Positions 31,509 through 43,051 of a stretch of 64,000 nucleotides of DNA are shown here, one piece after another. The notes beneath the pieces were generated by a model. It was not told the DNA's origin and did no database searches. It saw only the letters and a program-made list of their open reading frames with translations. The position numbers and the translations under genes are program-made. Location of the stretch: the NCBI GenBank assembly GCA_963813715.1, contig CAWFAK010000016.1, positions 288,001 to 352,000 on the forward strand. The letters are read 5' to 3'. This DNA comes from an uncultured Planctomycetaceae bacterium. GTDB taxonomy: Bacteria > Planctomycetota > Planctomycetia > Planctomycetales > Planctomycetaceae. Within the stretch, counting starts at the first letter, position 1. Each line of letters begins with the position of its first letter.

Positions 31509-33642
31509 TCAACTCAGCGCGCGGCCCACAAAGTACCACAACAGGCCGATCAGCGCCACAACTCACGAGCAGGGCCCAGAGCCCGGCCCGGGTCAGCCGT
31601 GACTTCATCTCCTGCACGGGCTCGAGGGCCGCGCTGCGCCGCTCCTGCACGACGGCCACCCAATCGGTCCAGGGGACGGCGGCAAACGCCGCCAGCCATT
31701 CGCCGGAGAGATCCTTCGAGGCAATGTCGAGGCGGCTCAAGGGGTCGATGTAATGCTCGTCCACCTCGGAGTCGAGCTTGCCCAGGGGCGCGTCGGCGCG
31801 CGTCAGACGTTGGAGTTTTGCCCGCACCTCGTCCGAGACGCGGAACGATGCGAGCACCTCCGGCTTGAGCGTTTGTTGCCGCAACTCCTGGTGATGCTTG
31901 TCGAACCACGTATGGTCCAGCACGTTGCCCCGCGACCGTTCGATCAGCGCGATTTCCCGCGTGTCGTCGGGCGCGCCGGACGGGGAATCCGGCTCCGCGA
32001 AGATGGCTTTGCTGTACACGTCCAGCAGCGAGCGAATTTCGATCGTCCGCCCCAGCACGCCGATCACGTTGTCCGATTCGTCAAAAATGGGCACCGAGAC
32101 GGCCACCAAATGCCGCTCGTTCAGCGCTTCGGTGAACCACTGCGAGGTGTGGGGCACGCGGATCGGCTTGAGGTTGGCCGGCTGCTTGCCCCGTTCGTAG
32201 TCCACGCCCATCCCATGGAAGTAATCGCGAAACGAGTAGTTCTGACCGACCGTGTAGGGGTATTGCCAGCGCTGCTCCAAAAGCGGCGAGCGCCACTTCT
32301 GCACTCCCTGGCGATCGATGACAAACCAGCTGAAGTCTTTTTGCAACCCGAGTTTTTCGAAGCGATCGTCGGACTCCTTGCGGGCCGTATTCAGCTCCGC
32401 GAACGTCTTTTCGTTCTGCGCCTTGTCCTTGAGCGCGGGCTGGTTGATCGCGTCGCGCAGGGCCTTGAGCGATTTGTCCTGCGTGATGCGATCGGAGATC
32501 TCAACCAGTTCCTGTTCACGCTCGCTCAGGTCGCGGCCGATGCTCTGTGCGGCGATCCGCGCGGACAAGATGTCGCTCTCGTTCGCGCGGAGGATCATGA
32601 GCTTGTTGGCGTTTTTTTCGGCCGTGCCCAACAAGTTGAAGACCAGCCAGGCCATGCCCAACAGGAGGAGGCTGGGGCCTACGATCCCCAGGCTGATCAA
32701 CGGACGCCGCGCTCGCGAGCGATCGCGCATCACCAGCATGTCGAGCACGGCCTGGGCGTTGGGGAAACGTCGGGGCGAATCGATTTGCAGACAGCGCTCG
32801 ACGATTTCGGCCAGTCGCCGATCGACGCCGGGCACGTTGCGCAAGCCGGTCGGCTTTTGACTGGTGCGGATGCGATCGCGATAGACAGTCAGCTTGTCCT
32901 CGAGCGTTGGAGCGGCGCGGATCTCTTCCTCGATCTCGGGCGTCCAGTACGGCGGCTTGCCGCAGAGCATGTGGTAGAGCAGGGCGCCCAGCGCGTAGAC
33001 GTCCCAGCGGGCATCGGGAATGGCCTGCAGATCGGCTTGCTCCGGCGCCATGTAGAACAGGCTGCCGAGCGCCGGGTTCTGCTCGTTCGACAAACGGGAC
33101 TGGCCGAAGTCGCAGAGCCGCGGCTCGAATTCGTTGTCCAAGAGCACGTTGGCCGGCTTCAGGTCGCAATGCAAAATGCCGCTGCCGTGCGCATGCACCA
33201 GGGCGCTCAGACACTCCCTCGGCGATTCGCACGGCCTCGTTCACCGGCAACGGCCCGGCCGCCAGGTGCGAGGCAAGCGATCCGCTGGCCAGGTACTCCA
33301 TCACGTAATAGGGGGGCTCACTGTTCCAGCCGACGTCGATCAGCCGCACGATGTGGCGGGACGTGTAGAGCACGGCCAGCTTTTCAACTTCGCGGTTGAG
33401 CAGCGACCAGTCGAGCCCGCGCTGATGCGTATAGAACTTGATCGCGACTTGCTTGCCCGTGTTGTCTTCGGACGCGAGCCAGACCGTGCCGAAGGCGCCG
33501 CCCCCCAACGATCGCAGCAGGGTGTAACCCGGCACTTGTCCGGGCGGGGTCTCCTGCCAACGGCTGAGGTCGGCCGCCTGGGCAGTCGGCGCTCATCCTG
33601 GACGAGCGTATCGTGGGTCTCGGTGGGGAGGGACGAGGACAC
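31509..33642 (-). CDS. Transmembrane Ser/Thr kinase with Cache-like extracytoplasmic domain, several apparent frameshifts
   Basis: GGGAFG, VAIK, HCDLKPAN, DFG, YMAPE, DVYALG; TM - (YSFRDYF...VAVSVPI...GVLG...WVAVV) - TM. Confidence 0.85.
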
Positions 33643-34008
33643 GCGGTATTGGAGGGCTAGAGTGGTGTGATGAAATCGCGTCCGGCGCACGTCTGTCGAT
33701 CCTTCTATTTTCGCGTCCCGGCGCGAAAAAGCCCAGCCTTGGTCCCCGGAGCCCCAGTTATCTACGGGCCCCGCCTGCGGGATGTTTGGCGACGGCGGGC
33801 GGACGTGACGATCGGCCGCACTGGCGGGCGGCGAAATCGCTTCCCTCATCATACGTTGCCGCGCGATGGTTCACTGGCGAGGGTGTCCGGTTCGCCTAGT
33901 TGCCCCAATCCTTACATTTGCCGTCGGCCGCGCGAATTCGAGACCTGTCGCCCACGTTTGCAGCGGGCCATAATGGACACTCATTCCCCACGAGATCCCC
34001 GTTCCTCC

Positions 34009-35169
34009 ATGAGTGACTTCCCACTCTCGTCCTCGCTGCCGCTCGCCGGTGGACCCTTTCCGTCGCCGCAGACCCGAATCGGCATGACCAAACGACGGTT
34101 ACGCTGGCTCGCGCCGACGGCTTGCGTAGGGCTGATCTTTGTCGTGCTCCTGGGATCGGTCTGGAGGATCGCGCTCGATACGGTCCACGAAGTGCCAACG
34201 GCCGAGCGATTCTTCGATCCGCGACGCTCCCCTACGTTCGATGAAACGTGCGTCGTGGCGGCGATCGATTACGCCTTGTCGTCGAACGAAGCCAACGACG
34301 TCGTCTTTCTCGGCGACAGCGCCTGCCGCACGGGCGTCGATCCGATCGCGTTCGAGCGGCTAACCGGGCTCCGCGCGTACAACCTGGGCATCGTCGGCGA
34401 TCTCGGGCCCGGCGTGATGCTGAACATCGGCAAGGCTTACCTCTCGAAACACCCGGCGCCGCGGCTGATGGTCGTCTGCCTGTCGCCTGTCGGTCTCGAA
34501 CACGACGTCCCCTGGTACTGGATCAAGCTGCGGGACCACTTCGTGAATTGCTTCGGCTTCGACACGCAGAACGCCGGCTCGCTGCAAGCCCACCTGGGCT
34601 ACACGTTCCGCCAGGGAACGGTGCTGGCCTGGGACCGAGCCGAGTCGCGATTCAGCGAAAAATCGCAGGACGTTCGCGATCTGCCGTTGATCGGGATGGA
34701 GAAAGTTACCTATCGCCAGTACGAAACGTTGACGCGGCAGAAGCGCGGCCATTTCGAGCTTTCGGGACATGGGCCTCCCAAGAACTTGGACCGTCCCGGC
34801 GGATTGGTGCTGATTCACAAAGCCTGGGATGCCGGTCTGCGGCGGCTGGCCCAGGCGTGTGACAACGCGCGAATTCCCTTGATGGTGCGGTTCTGCCCGG
34901 TCTCGGCCGACGCGACCGAGAAACTAAGCTTCGAGCGGGTCGAGCACTGGCTCCGCGATTTGCAAACGGCGTCTCCCCATTTGCTCGTCGCCCCCGACCA
35001 AACCATTCTGCGATATGCTCCCGAGCTGTGCTGGGACTACTCGCACGCCAATCCGCAGGGGACGCAGAAATTCACCGAACAACTCGCGCCGAGGTCCGTG
35101 CTGCGCTCCCGGCGTCCGGCAAACCCCGGTGAACGTCACCTCCGCCCGACACGATTGGTCCGGCACTAA
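34009..35169 (+). CDS. Membrane-anchored SGNH-like protein (AlgJ/DltD/PatB-like); start uncertain
   Basis: N-terminal TM, FLGDS, YNLG, C-terminal DYSH (DxxH); upstream of MBOAT. Confidence 0.7.
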   Translation: MSDFPLSSSLPLAGGPFPSPQTRIGMTKRRLRWLAPTACVGLIFVVLLGSVWRIALDTVHEVPTAERFFDPRRSPTFDETCVVAAIDYALSSNEANDVVFLGDSACRTGVDPIAFERLTGLRAYNLGIVGDLGPGVMLNIGKAYLSKHPAPRLMVVCLSPVGLEHDVPWYWIKLRDHFVNCFGFDTQNAGSLQAHLGYTFRQGTVLAWDRAESRFSEKSQDVRDLPLIGMEKVTYRQYETLTRQKRGHFELSGHGPPKNLDRPGGLVLIHKAWDAGLRRLAQACDNARIPLMVRFCPVSADATEKLSFERVEHWLRDLQTASPHLLVAPDQTILRYAPELCWDYSHANPQGTQKFTEQLAPRSVLRSRRPANPGERHLRPTRLVRH

Positions 35170-35194
35170 GCTTGAATTCGGTTGAGACGCGGCG

Positions 35195-36674
35195 ATGGCG
35201 GTTTGTTCGCTCACCTTCCTGGCACTCTGCCTCGCCGTCGTGGTGGTCTTCCATCTCGCGCCGGGTCGAGTGACGCGACAGGTGATTCTCGCCGCCGCCA
35301 GCGGTTTGTTTTTGGAAACTCAAGTGCCCAACGACCGCAGCGCGATCTTCTTTGCTTGCGCGCTCCTGGGGACGTACGCCGCGCTCCGGCTCGTGCGGGC
35401 GACACATCATGGTGCGGTAGTCGCTGCCGCGATCGGACTGGTGCTGCTCGTCTTCTTGTACCTCAAACGGTACGACTTCTTTTCGAGCTGGGTGCCGGTG
35501 CCGATCGATTGGGATCTCGAAGTGCATCCGATCGAGCTAGTCGGCCTCTCTTACATGCTCTTCAAGCTGATTCACATGTTGGTCGACGAGTGGCAGGGAC
35601 AACTGGCTGCGTTCAATCTCTGGTCCTACTTGAACTACCAGTTGGCGTTCTTCACGCTCACGGCCGGGCCGATCCAGCGCTATAACGATTTCGCGGCGAG
35701 CTGGAACAAGATGGACGAGCAGCCCCGCGAACCGCGCGAAGGGGTGCTGCTGTGGACGCGCTTGCTGCTGGGGCTGCTCAAAATCAGCATTTTGGCGACG
35801 TGGGCCCACTCGATTTTCGTGAAGGCCTCCAACGTCGCGGAGCCGCACAGCCTCGCCCACGCCGTGACCTGCTTTTACGCCTACCCGGCCTACCTTTATT
35901 TCAACTTCGCCGGCTACACGGATGTGATGATCGGCATCGGCGGGTTGCTCGGCTTCAAGCTGCCGGAGAATTTCAATCGACCGTTTTTGGCCCGCAACGT
36001 GCTCGACTTCTGGGACCGCTGGCACATCAGCGTGACCCATTGGATCCGCGACTATATCTTCATGACCAGCTACAAATCGGCGGCCACACATTTCCCCCGC
36101 GCCGCCCGCTACTGGAGTTATTTGTTGCTGTTCGTGGCCCTGTTTCTTGCCGGCGTGTGGCATGGCACGACCAGCGGATTCGTGCTCTTTGGTGCCCTCA
36201 ACGGGCTGGGGGCCGCGGCGACGCGGGCTTACGGCGATCTGCTGCGAGCCAGGCTCGGCGGTCCCGGGCTCAAGGCTTACTTGCAAAATCGGACGATCCG
36301 CTGGATCGCCGTGCTCGCAACGCTGCACTACGTCTGCTTCTGCATGCTGTTCTTCGCCCTGACGCCGCACGAGGTGCAGGTGCTGCTCACCTCGGCGTGG
36401 CACGAACTGGTCGCGCTACCGGTAACGCTGGGCACCTCGACCTGGCGTGGCGCTCGACGCGGTCCCGTTCGTCGTGGCGGCGCTCGCGCTCGTCGCACTG
36501 TGGAAAGCCGAGACGATCGGGGCGGCGCTCGCACGGCTGGCGGCTGGCATCAGTGCGCGACCGGCGCTCCTCTATTCGATTCTGTGCACGCAGACGGCGA
36601 TCGTCGTGTTTGTGCTCTACGTCGACTGGGCGTTTCAGCAGGAACCGCCGCCCGTGCTCTACATGTCGTTTTGA
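35195..36674 (+). CDS. MBOAT O-acyltransferase (AlgI/DltB/PatA-like), apparent frameshift ~36450
   Basis: VGLSY, AGPIQRY, YFNFAGYTD, PENFNRPF, FWDRWHIS, AGVWHG. Confidence 0.92.
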
Positions 36675-36704
36675 CGACCGCGACTGGGCACGGCCTTCAA
36701 GCGC

Positions 36705-37399
36705 TCACTTCTTCGGCAGCTTCAGCGTGTCGAGGTACTTGTTGATGATCTCGGCGCGAATTTTGTAGCCGGCGGCGTTCGGGTGCAGGCGGTCCTTGAT
36801 GTGCAAATCGGACCGCGGCTGCCCATCCGGACCGAGGAGCGCATCCCAGATGTTGATATACGCGAGCCGATCGCCCGACTCGATGTAACGCTTAATCAAG
36901 CCGTTCGTCTCTTTCTGTTTTTCGGCCTGCGCCACCGCGCGGGCGTCGGATTGATCGAGATGAAGGCGATCGGCGTCTCGGGCATCGCCGCGTGCACTTT
37001 CTCGACGAACGCGCGAAAGTCGTCATAAACCTGTCGCGGCGTCTTTCCCGCCGCAATGTCGTTGCCGCCGGCATGCAGGATGATCTCGCTCGGCCGGTAG
37101 GGAATGACGATCCGATCCGCGTAATACGTGCTATCGGCAATCTGCGAACCGCCGAAACCGCGATTGATCACGTTGTATTGCGGAAAATCCTTCGCCAGCG
37201 ACTTCCAGAAGCGAATGCTCGAGGAGCCGATGAACAGCACGGCCCCCTGCGGCGGCGGCGATTCTTTATCGGCTGCCTCGAACGCGCGGATGTCCTTCTC
37301 CCACCGCTTGCTCGAAGGAGCGTCGGCCGCCGGCAACGACCGGACGACAAGGAGCGAAACAGCTGCCAAGAGCACCGCACACACAGAACGCCGCGTCAT
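36705..37399 (-). CDS. Secreted GDSL/SGNH hydrolase, apparent frameshift ~36925
   Basis: FIGSSSI, NRGFGGS, AGGND, DRLHPNAAGY. Confidence 0.88.
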
Positions 37400-37438
37400 G
37401 GTGAAATCCCATCCCGTCAATTCAATGAGGAAATTCGC

Positions 37439-38247
37439 TCAATGAGGAAGTTTGCGACCGAGATACACATGCCGCGACAGCCGCCGCTCGGCACACAACC
37501 GATGAACCGTGCTCAGAAATCGCTGCAGCCCGGCAAAAGTCTCCGCACCCTCCAGGTGAGCCAGTTCGACTGCCCGCCGGGCGCGACCGTCGTGCCAGCG
37601 GCCGGAGACCGTCGCTTCTTGTTCGGTGGCGTCGTCGGTCGGCTCGAGCGTGAAGCCGGCGGCACGCAACAGTTGTTCGTTCACGCCGGGCGGACAGAAT
37701 TCGAAGTGCCCCGTCGAACTGCGGACGGCCAGCTCCTCTTTCGAGACCAGCCCTGTGACGACCACCGGATCGGTCACCAGCACGCGGCCGCCTGGCGCAG
37801 GACTCGATGCCACTCTTCGAAGACGCGGCCCCGATCGCGGAGGTGACAGAGGACGTCCAGGCAGACGATCGCGTCGAATTGGCCCGCGTCGAACGGGAGC
37901 CGCTCGCACACGTCGGCCTGCAAAAATGTCAGTTGCTGTCGCCGGTCCGACGCCCGCGCCTGATTTTCGGCCTCGCGGATGCCGGGCTCACTGATGTCGA
38001 TGCCCGTCACGTGGCAGCCCGTTTCCCGCGCGAGAAACAGAGCCGGGCCGCCCGAGCCGCAGCCGACATCCAACACACGCTCGTCCGCTCGCACCTTGAG
38101 CCGCGCCAAAAACCGGCGATATTCGTCCGCCGTGACCCAGCTGCTCTGGCCAAAATCTTCGCCATACGTCTCTTGGCGAACCTCGGCGACGGCCCGCGCC
38201 GCGAAGTTGCCGTAAGCTGTGCCGTAGAGATCGACGGACGAAGTCAT
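37439..38247 (-). CDS. Class I SAM-dependent methyltransferase, apparent frameshift ~37795
   Basis: VLDVGCGSGG, TGID, LPFDAGQFDAI, RVL...PGG. Confidence 0.88.
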
Positions 38248-38474
38248 CGCCTGCTCCCACCTCGCTTCGATCGTAGCGGTCGCCCTGCCGACTGTCATCG
38301 GATCGGCGGACCGCAAGGACGAAGCGGACGCGAGTTCGCAACAAAGTCGTCGGCAACAGAGATCGTAATCCGAATCGAAGCCCAGGCGGCGAAACATCGT
38401 AAGGCGCGAAAAGTCAGGCGCACCCGGCCGGGCCGCGCGGATGCGCCCGGACCGGATGACCTGAACCCCTCGCC

Positions 38475-40244
38475 TCAGGAAGAGGCATCGGCAGACAGTC
38501 CGTTGGCGGCCGCGCCATTAGGTTTGACCGGCAGCGTTTCGCCGCTGGCGTTTCGCCAAGGTGGCCACATCTTGCGAGGCAGCCAACTCGCCTTTTGTGC
38601 ACTGATCAAGAGGGCGACGAGGAGCGCGCCGAAGCTCCAGGCGAACGCAATCATTGCGTCGCGGCCGATGAGGTTGGCGGCTTTGTGAAAGCCGCTGACG
38701 GCACCCGCGTAGGCCGCCACTCCCAGCATTCCGCCGAATCCGTACAAGTACCAAAGATTCCGCCAGGCGCGGGCGACTACCAAGCAGACGATGGCCAGCA
38801 CGATGAGGTAGAGCGCGCGGACCCAAACGGGCATCGCCGTGCCCGACTCACTCGCCATCGCCGCCAGAGTCGACACGGGAAACATCGCCGCACCGACCAC
38901 GCGCAACGTCAGAGCCAGAGGATCGTGAAATGCGAATCCGATCGTCGCCCACGCGGCCCAGAGCAGGTCGGCACAGACTACGGTTCGCAGCTCGGCGAGC
39001 GGCGTGCGCGGAAGGAGGTACCAGAGACCGGCTGTCACGAGGAAGCTGGCCGCCGCACACGCCCGCGACGAACGAACTCGGATCCCGTGCGCTGAACAGC
39101 AGTGTGCCGATCGCTAGCAGGGGCCATGGTTGGGGCGCCGTCAATGTCTCCAGGTCAACCGTCTGGCGGCCGACGAGGGTCAGGAGGGCTACAGAGGCGA
39201 GTCCGCACTGCCCAGCCGTTGGAACGCCGCGGAGCCAGGCCCAGACCGTAGAAGGCGACCAGTCCCCAGATCGTCAGCCAGAGCGGCGAGCCGATCTTGT
39301 GCACCACGGCTTGCTGAAACGCGCGGGAAATGGGCTCATCAATCCAGGGCAACGCGAGCGCCAAAAGGATTGCCGTGGCGTTGACGACTCGTTGGGCCAA
39401 GCGCCGGTTGGCCGTCACCAGGGCGATCTCCAAGCAGCAAGATGGCGATCGCGAAGCCGAGCGGCACCAGGAAATAAGTTCCCCAAATAGTGTCGAACAC
39501 GATGGCGCGGCCCGACGGCAGCTTGCGCCAAATGTCGCCATCGAGCCCGAACGTCATCGTCAGCGCGTAGGACCGCAAGCTCACGGCCGCCGCGATCACG
39601 CCGAAAGCCGCCCCGGGGAACCAGGGCCAGGGCCACGGCGTGCCGTTGGCGGCCACAGAGCCCGCGCCGCCCCGCACGGCCGGCAGCAGACTCAAGAATA
39701 GGGCGGCCGCAGCGACGGGGAACAACAGCAGCAGCCAATCGAGCCAAAGTTCAAACTGCGGATGCAACCCGGGCGAATAAAGCCAGGGGGCGCCAAAGAA
39801 GAGTGCCAGCATCAGGTGGTAGGGGACGCGATAGCGCCACCCCAAGCGCACGCCGACCCCCCAGAGGACGCCCTCCGAAACCGTCGCCACGAAGAGAAAT
39901 CCGCAGACCAAGAGCGCGGTCGCGGTCGACGACGTCTCGGCCTTCACGAACAAGTCGTCGGCACTGATCGACACGGCCAAGAACAGCACCAACAGCATCA
40001 GGAGGATCGAGCGGGCGTCCTCCCACACTTTGCCCCACCGCACGATCCAGACGCCGATCACCGCCAGCACCAGGGTGTAACCGGCGAGCGCCCCGGTCAT
40101 CAGCCAGCAATTGCTCGCCTCGATTCCCAGCCGTTCGTAGGCGGTCCGGATTGCGTAGAGCATCAGCACCGCGCTGATCGCGTAAAACGGATTGTGGGTG
40201 TACAGATACTTGACGATTGAAGGGCGTACCGCAGGCGCAGCCAT
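38475..40244 (-). CDS. Polytopic membrane protein, several apparent frameshifts
   Basis: YTHNPFYAISA, VWEDARS; many TM segments; GGAGG RBS. Confidence 0.7.
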
Positions 40245-40497
40245 TCTCCACCTCCTCGTCGAAAAGCAGGAAAGAACCGGGTAAAAGAAATGAGAAAAAA
40301 AGAATCGCAATCGCGAAAACGCGATGCGCGATCGACGAGCGGATGTGGGATTGGGTATCTCGGGAAGTGACCGGATTCACGCGAGCGCGCTCCGATGGGA
40401 TGTGCCTTCCTCTACCAGAAATGACGCGGGGCCGGCGGTCCTTTCGTCTGCAATTCCGGAAGACCCAGGGGGTTTTTGGAGGGACACGGGGGTTTCG

Positions 40498-41076
40498 ATG
40501 AGGCGGATCTGCTATGCGGTCGCCATGAGCCTGGACGGATATATCGCTGGTCCGGGCGGCGAATCGGACTGGATTGTGCCCGACCCGGAGGTTGATTTCG
40601 CCGCGCTTTTCGCCCGCTTCGACACGTGGCTCATGGGCCGCCGCACGTTTGAGCTGACCCAAGCCCCGGGAGCCCCCAAAATGCCGGGCGTTGCCGTGGT
40701 CGTGGTCTCGCGAACGCTGCGACCGGCAGACCATCCCGACGTCATGGTGATCGGCGGCGACCTGAATCGCGAGCTTGTGCAATTGCGATCCGAGCCGGGC
40801 AAAGACATTTGGCTGTTTGGCGGCGGAACGCTCTTTGGCCGCTTGCTGGCGCTGGGCCAGGTCGACACGGTCGAGGTCTCCGTCGTGCCCGTGCTGCTCG
40901 GGGACGGCCTGCCGCTCTTGCCGAGCCAGTCGGACCGGACGAAACTGCGACTCACGAGCAGCAAGGTCTACAAGAAGACGGGGACCGTGCGACTGGAATA
41001 TGCCGTCGAGCGATCAACCCGCATGAAGAGATCGCGGGCGCGGTCCGAGAGAACAAAATGCCCGAAACAGATGTGA
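40498..41076 (+). CDS. Dihydrofolate reductase / RibD C-terminal family protein
   Basis: AMSLDGYIA, MGRRTFE, DIWLFGGG, VPVLLGDG. Confidence 0.9.
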   Translation: MRRICYAVAMSLDGYIAGPGGESDWIVPDPEVDFAALFARFDTWLMGRRTFELTQAPGAPKMPGVAVVVVSRTLRPADHPDVMVIGGDLNRELVQLRSEPGKDIWLFGGGTLFGRLLALGQVDTVEVSVVPVLLGDGLPLLPSQSDRTKLRLTSSKVYKKTGTVRLEYAVERSTRMKRSRARSERTKCPKQM

Positions 41077-42188
41077 TCATCGTCGGCGCGGGGATCGTCG
41101 GGCTGGCGCACGCCTGGGCTGCCGTGCGGCGCGGCAAATCGGTCCGGGTCTTCGAGCGGTCGCGGCGGGCCGAGGGGGCGAGCATTCGCAACTTCGGCAT
41201 GATCTGGCCCATCGGTCAGCCGCCCGGAGCGTGCCACGCGACGGCCTTGCGGAGCAGCGAGTTGTGGCTTGAGGTCAAACGCGAAGCCGGGCTGTGGGTC
41301 AACGAGTGCGGCTCGATTCACCTCGCCCATCGCCCGGACGAATTGGCCGTACTCGCCGAGTTTGCCGAACGGGCTCCGGCACTCGGCTACAGCGCGCGGC
41401 TGATGACGGCCGACGAAGTGACGGCAGCCTCGCCGGCCGCCAATCCCGTCGGTCTTTTGGGCGGGCTGTGGAGTCCGACTGAATTGTGCGTCGATCCGCG
41501 GGAAGCGATCGCGACGATTGCGGATTGGTTGCGCGAGCGACACGGCGTCGAGTTCCATTTTGGTACGCTTGTCCGTACGGCCGACGGTCGCGGGATTGAA
41601 ACAGCGGACGGTCGCCGCTTTGCCGCCGGTCGCACACTCGTCTGCAGCGGAGCCGATTTTGAGACGTTGTTTCCCGACGTCCTCGCCCAATCGGGCCTGC
41701 GGCGGTGCAAGCTGCAGATGCTGCGGACGGTCGCACAGCCCGCCGGCTGGCGGATCGGGCCGCACCTGGCCAGCGGGCTGACGCTGCGGCACTATCACAA
41801 CTTCGACGTCTGCGAATCGCTGGCGGCCGTCAAGCAGCGGGTCGCCGCCGAATCGCCCGAACTCGACCGCTACGGAATTCACGTGATGGTGTCGCAGAAT
41901 CGCCTGGGCGAAGCCGTGCTCGGGGATTCACACGAATACAACGAGGCCATCTCGCCGTTTGACAAGGCCGCAATCGACGAGCTGATGCTCCGCGAGCTGC
42001 GCGGCGTCTTCCGGTTGCAAACCTGGACGATTGGCGAACATTGGTCGGGAATTTACGCGAAACACGCTGCCGAACCGCAATTTTTGGCCGAGCCGCTGCC
42101 CGGCGTGACAATCGTCACGGCAACCGGTGGCGCCGGGATGACGATGTCGTTCGGCCTGGCGGAAGAGAACTGGCGGCGCTGGGACTGA
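41058..42188 (+). CDS. FAD-dependent oxidoreductase, phosphonate-associated TIGR03364-like
   Basis: GAGIVGLAHA, GASIRNFG, CKLQM, GDSHEY, GGAGMTMSFG; adjacent to phnX. Confidence 0.85.
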   Translation: MPETDVIIVGAGIVGLAHAWAAVRRGKSVRVFERSRRAEGASIRNFGMIWPIGQPPGACHATALRSSELWLEVKREAGLWVNECGSIHLAHRPDELAVLAEFAERAPALGYSARLMTADEVTAASPAANPVGLLGGLWSPTELCVDPREAIATIADWLRERHGVEFHFGTLVRTADGRGIETADGRRFAAGRTLVCSGADFETLFPDVLAQSGLRRCKLQMLRTVAQPAGWRIGPHLASGLTLRHYHNFDVCESLAAVKQRVAAESPELDRYGIHVMVSQNRLGEAVLGDSHEYNEAISPFDKAAIDELMLRELRGVFRLQTWTIGEHWSGIYAKHAAEPQFLAEPLPGVTIVTATGGAGMTMSFGLAEENWRRWD

Positions 42189-42195
42189 CAAAAGC

Positions 42196-43004
42196 TTACG
42201 GCAGCTCGCCGCGGCTGATGCGTGGGCCGAGCGCTTCGAGGAACGCCGGCAACTCGGCGACCGAGCCGATGACCGCGTGGGCGCCGGCGCGCCTAGTTTT
42301 TCGGCCGCGGATGCCGCGCGGCGCGTGCGTTCGGAGGGATCGAGCGCTCGGCTCTCGGCCAGCGGCATGCCGATTTCGTTGCCCGTGTCCGTCACGCCGA
42401 CGGTCCACACGCCCGCGTTGCGGCCCTCTTCGATATCGGGCACGGTGTCGCCGATTTTGACGACGGCTGCCGGCGGGTAAACGCCGGTCAGCTCCATCAG
42501 GCGAAAAATCATCCAGGGAGCCGGCCGACCGCCGCGGACGTCGTCGGGAAAGAGCGAGTGGTCGGCCCGCCAACCCTGAGCGGCGACGGCATCGGTAATT
42601 GGCTGGCCGATAGAGCGGGGATAGCCGGTGGTAGTGCCCGTCGCGATTTTGTGCTCGCGGACCGCCGCCAGGCAGGGCAACGCGCCGGGGATCAGCTCGA
42701 CCCGAGCCTGGGCCTCGGCCGCCTGCAGCGGCAGAAACCGCTCGTAGAGCGCGTCGACGTCGGCCGACGTCGGCTCGTGACCGAAGAGGGTCCGCCAGCG
42801 CGCCGCGATGTGCGGCAATCGCAACACCTGGTCGATGTGGTCGCGCTTGTGCAGCCCCATCGGCCCGCGGGCGTCGGCGTCCGAGAGCTCGATGCCCAAT
42901 TCGCGAAAGGCGATGACCAACGCGGCGACCGGCGCCATCGACCCATGATCGATGATCGTCCCCGCCATGTCGAAGACAATCAGGCGAATCGGCGAGGCGG
43001 GCAT
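42196..43004 (-). CDS. phnX: Phosphonoacetaldehyde hydrolase, apparent frameshift ~42290
   Basis: FDMAGTIIDHGS, PMGLHKRDHI (Schiff-base Lys), TTGY, GRPAPWM, KIGDTVPDIEEGRNAG. Confidence 0.9.
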
Positions 43005-43051
43005 CGGGCGACTCACAGCGGCTGAACAATTGGAAAAAGAATCGTGTGACC

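Noticed and set aside
29712..33399. Long plus-strand ORFs (718 and 548 aa) and similar shadow ORFs elsewhere, e.g. 51566-53851
   Set aside because: Antisense to well-supported genes; expected in high-GC DNA; no motifs.
37439..38247. Methyltransferase as an aminophosphonate N-methylase linked to the phn cluster
   Set aside because: About 3 kb away with unrelated genes between; no sequence evidence for the substrate.
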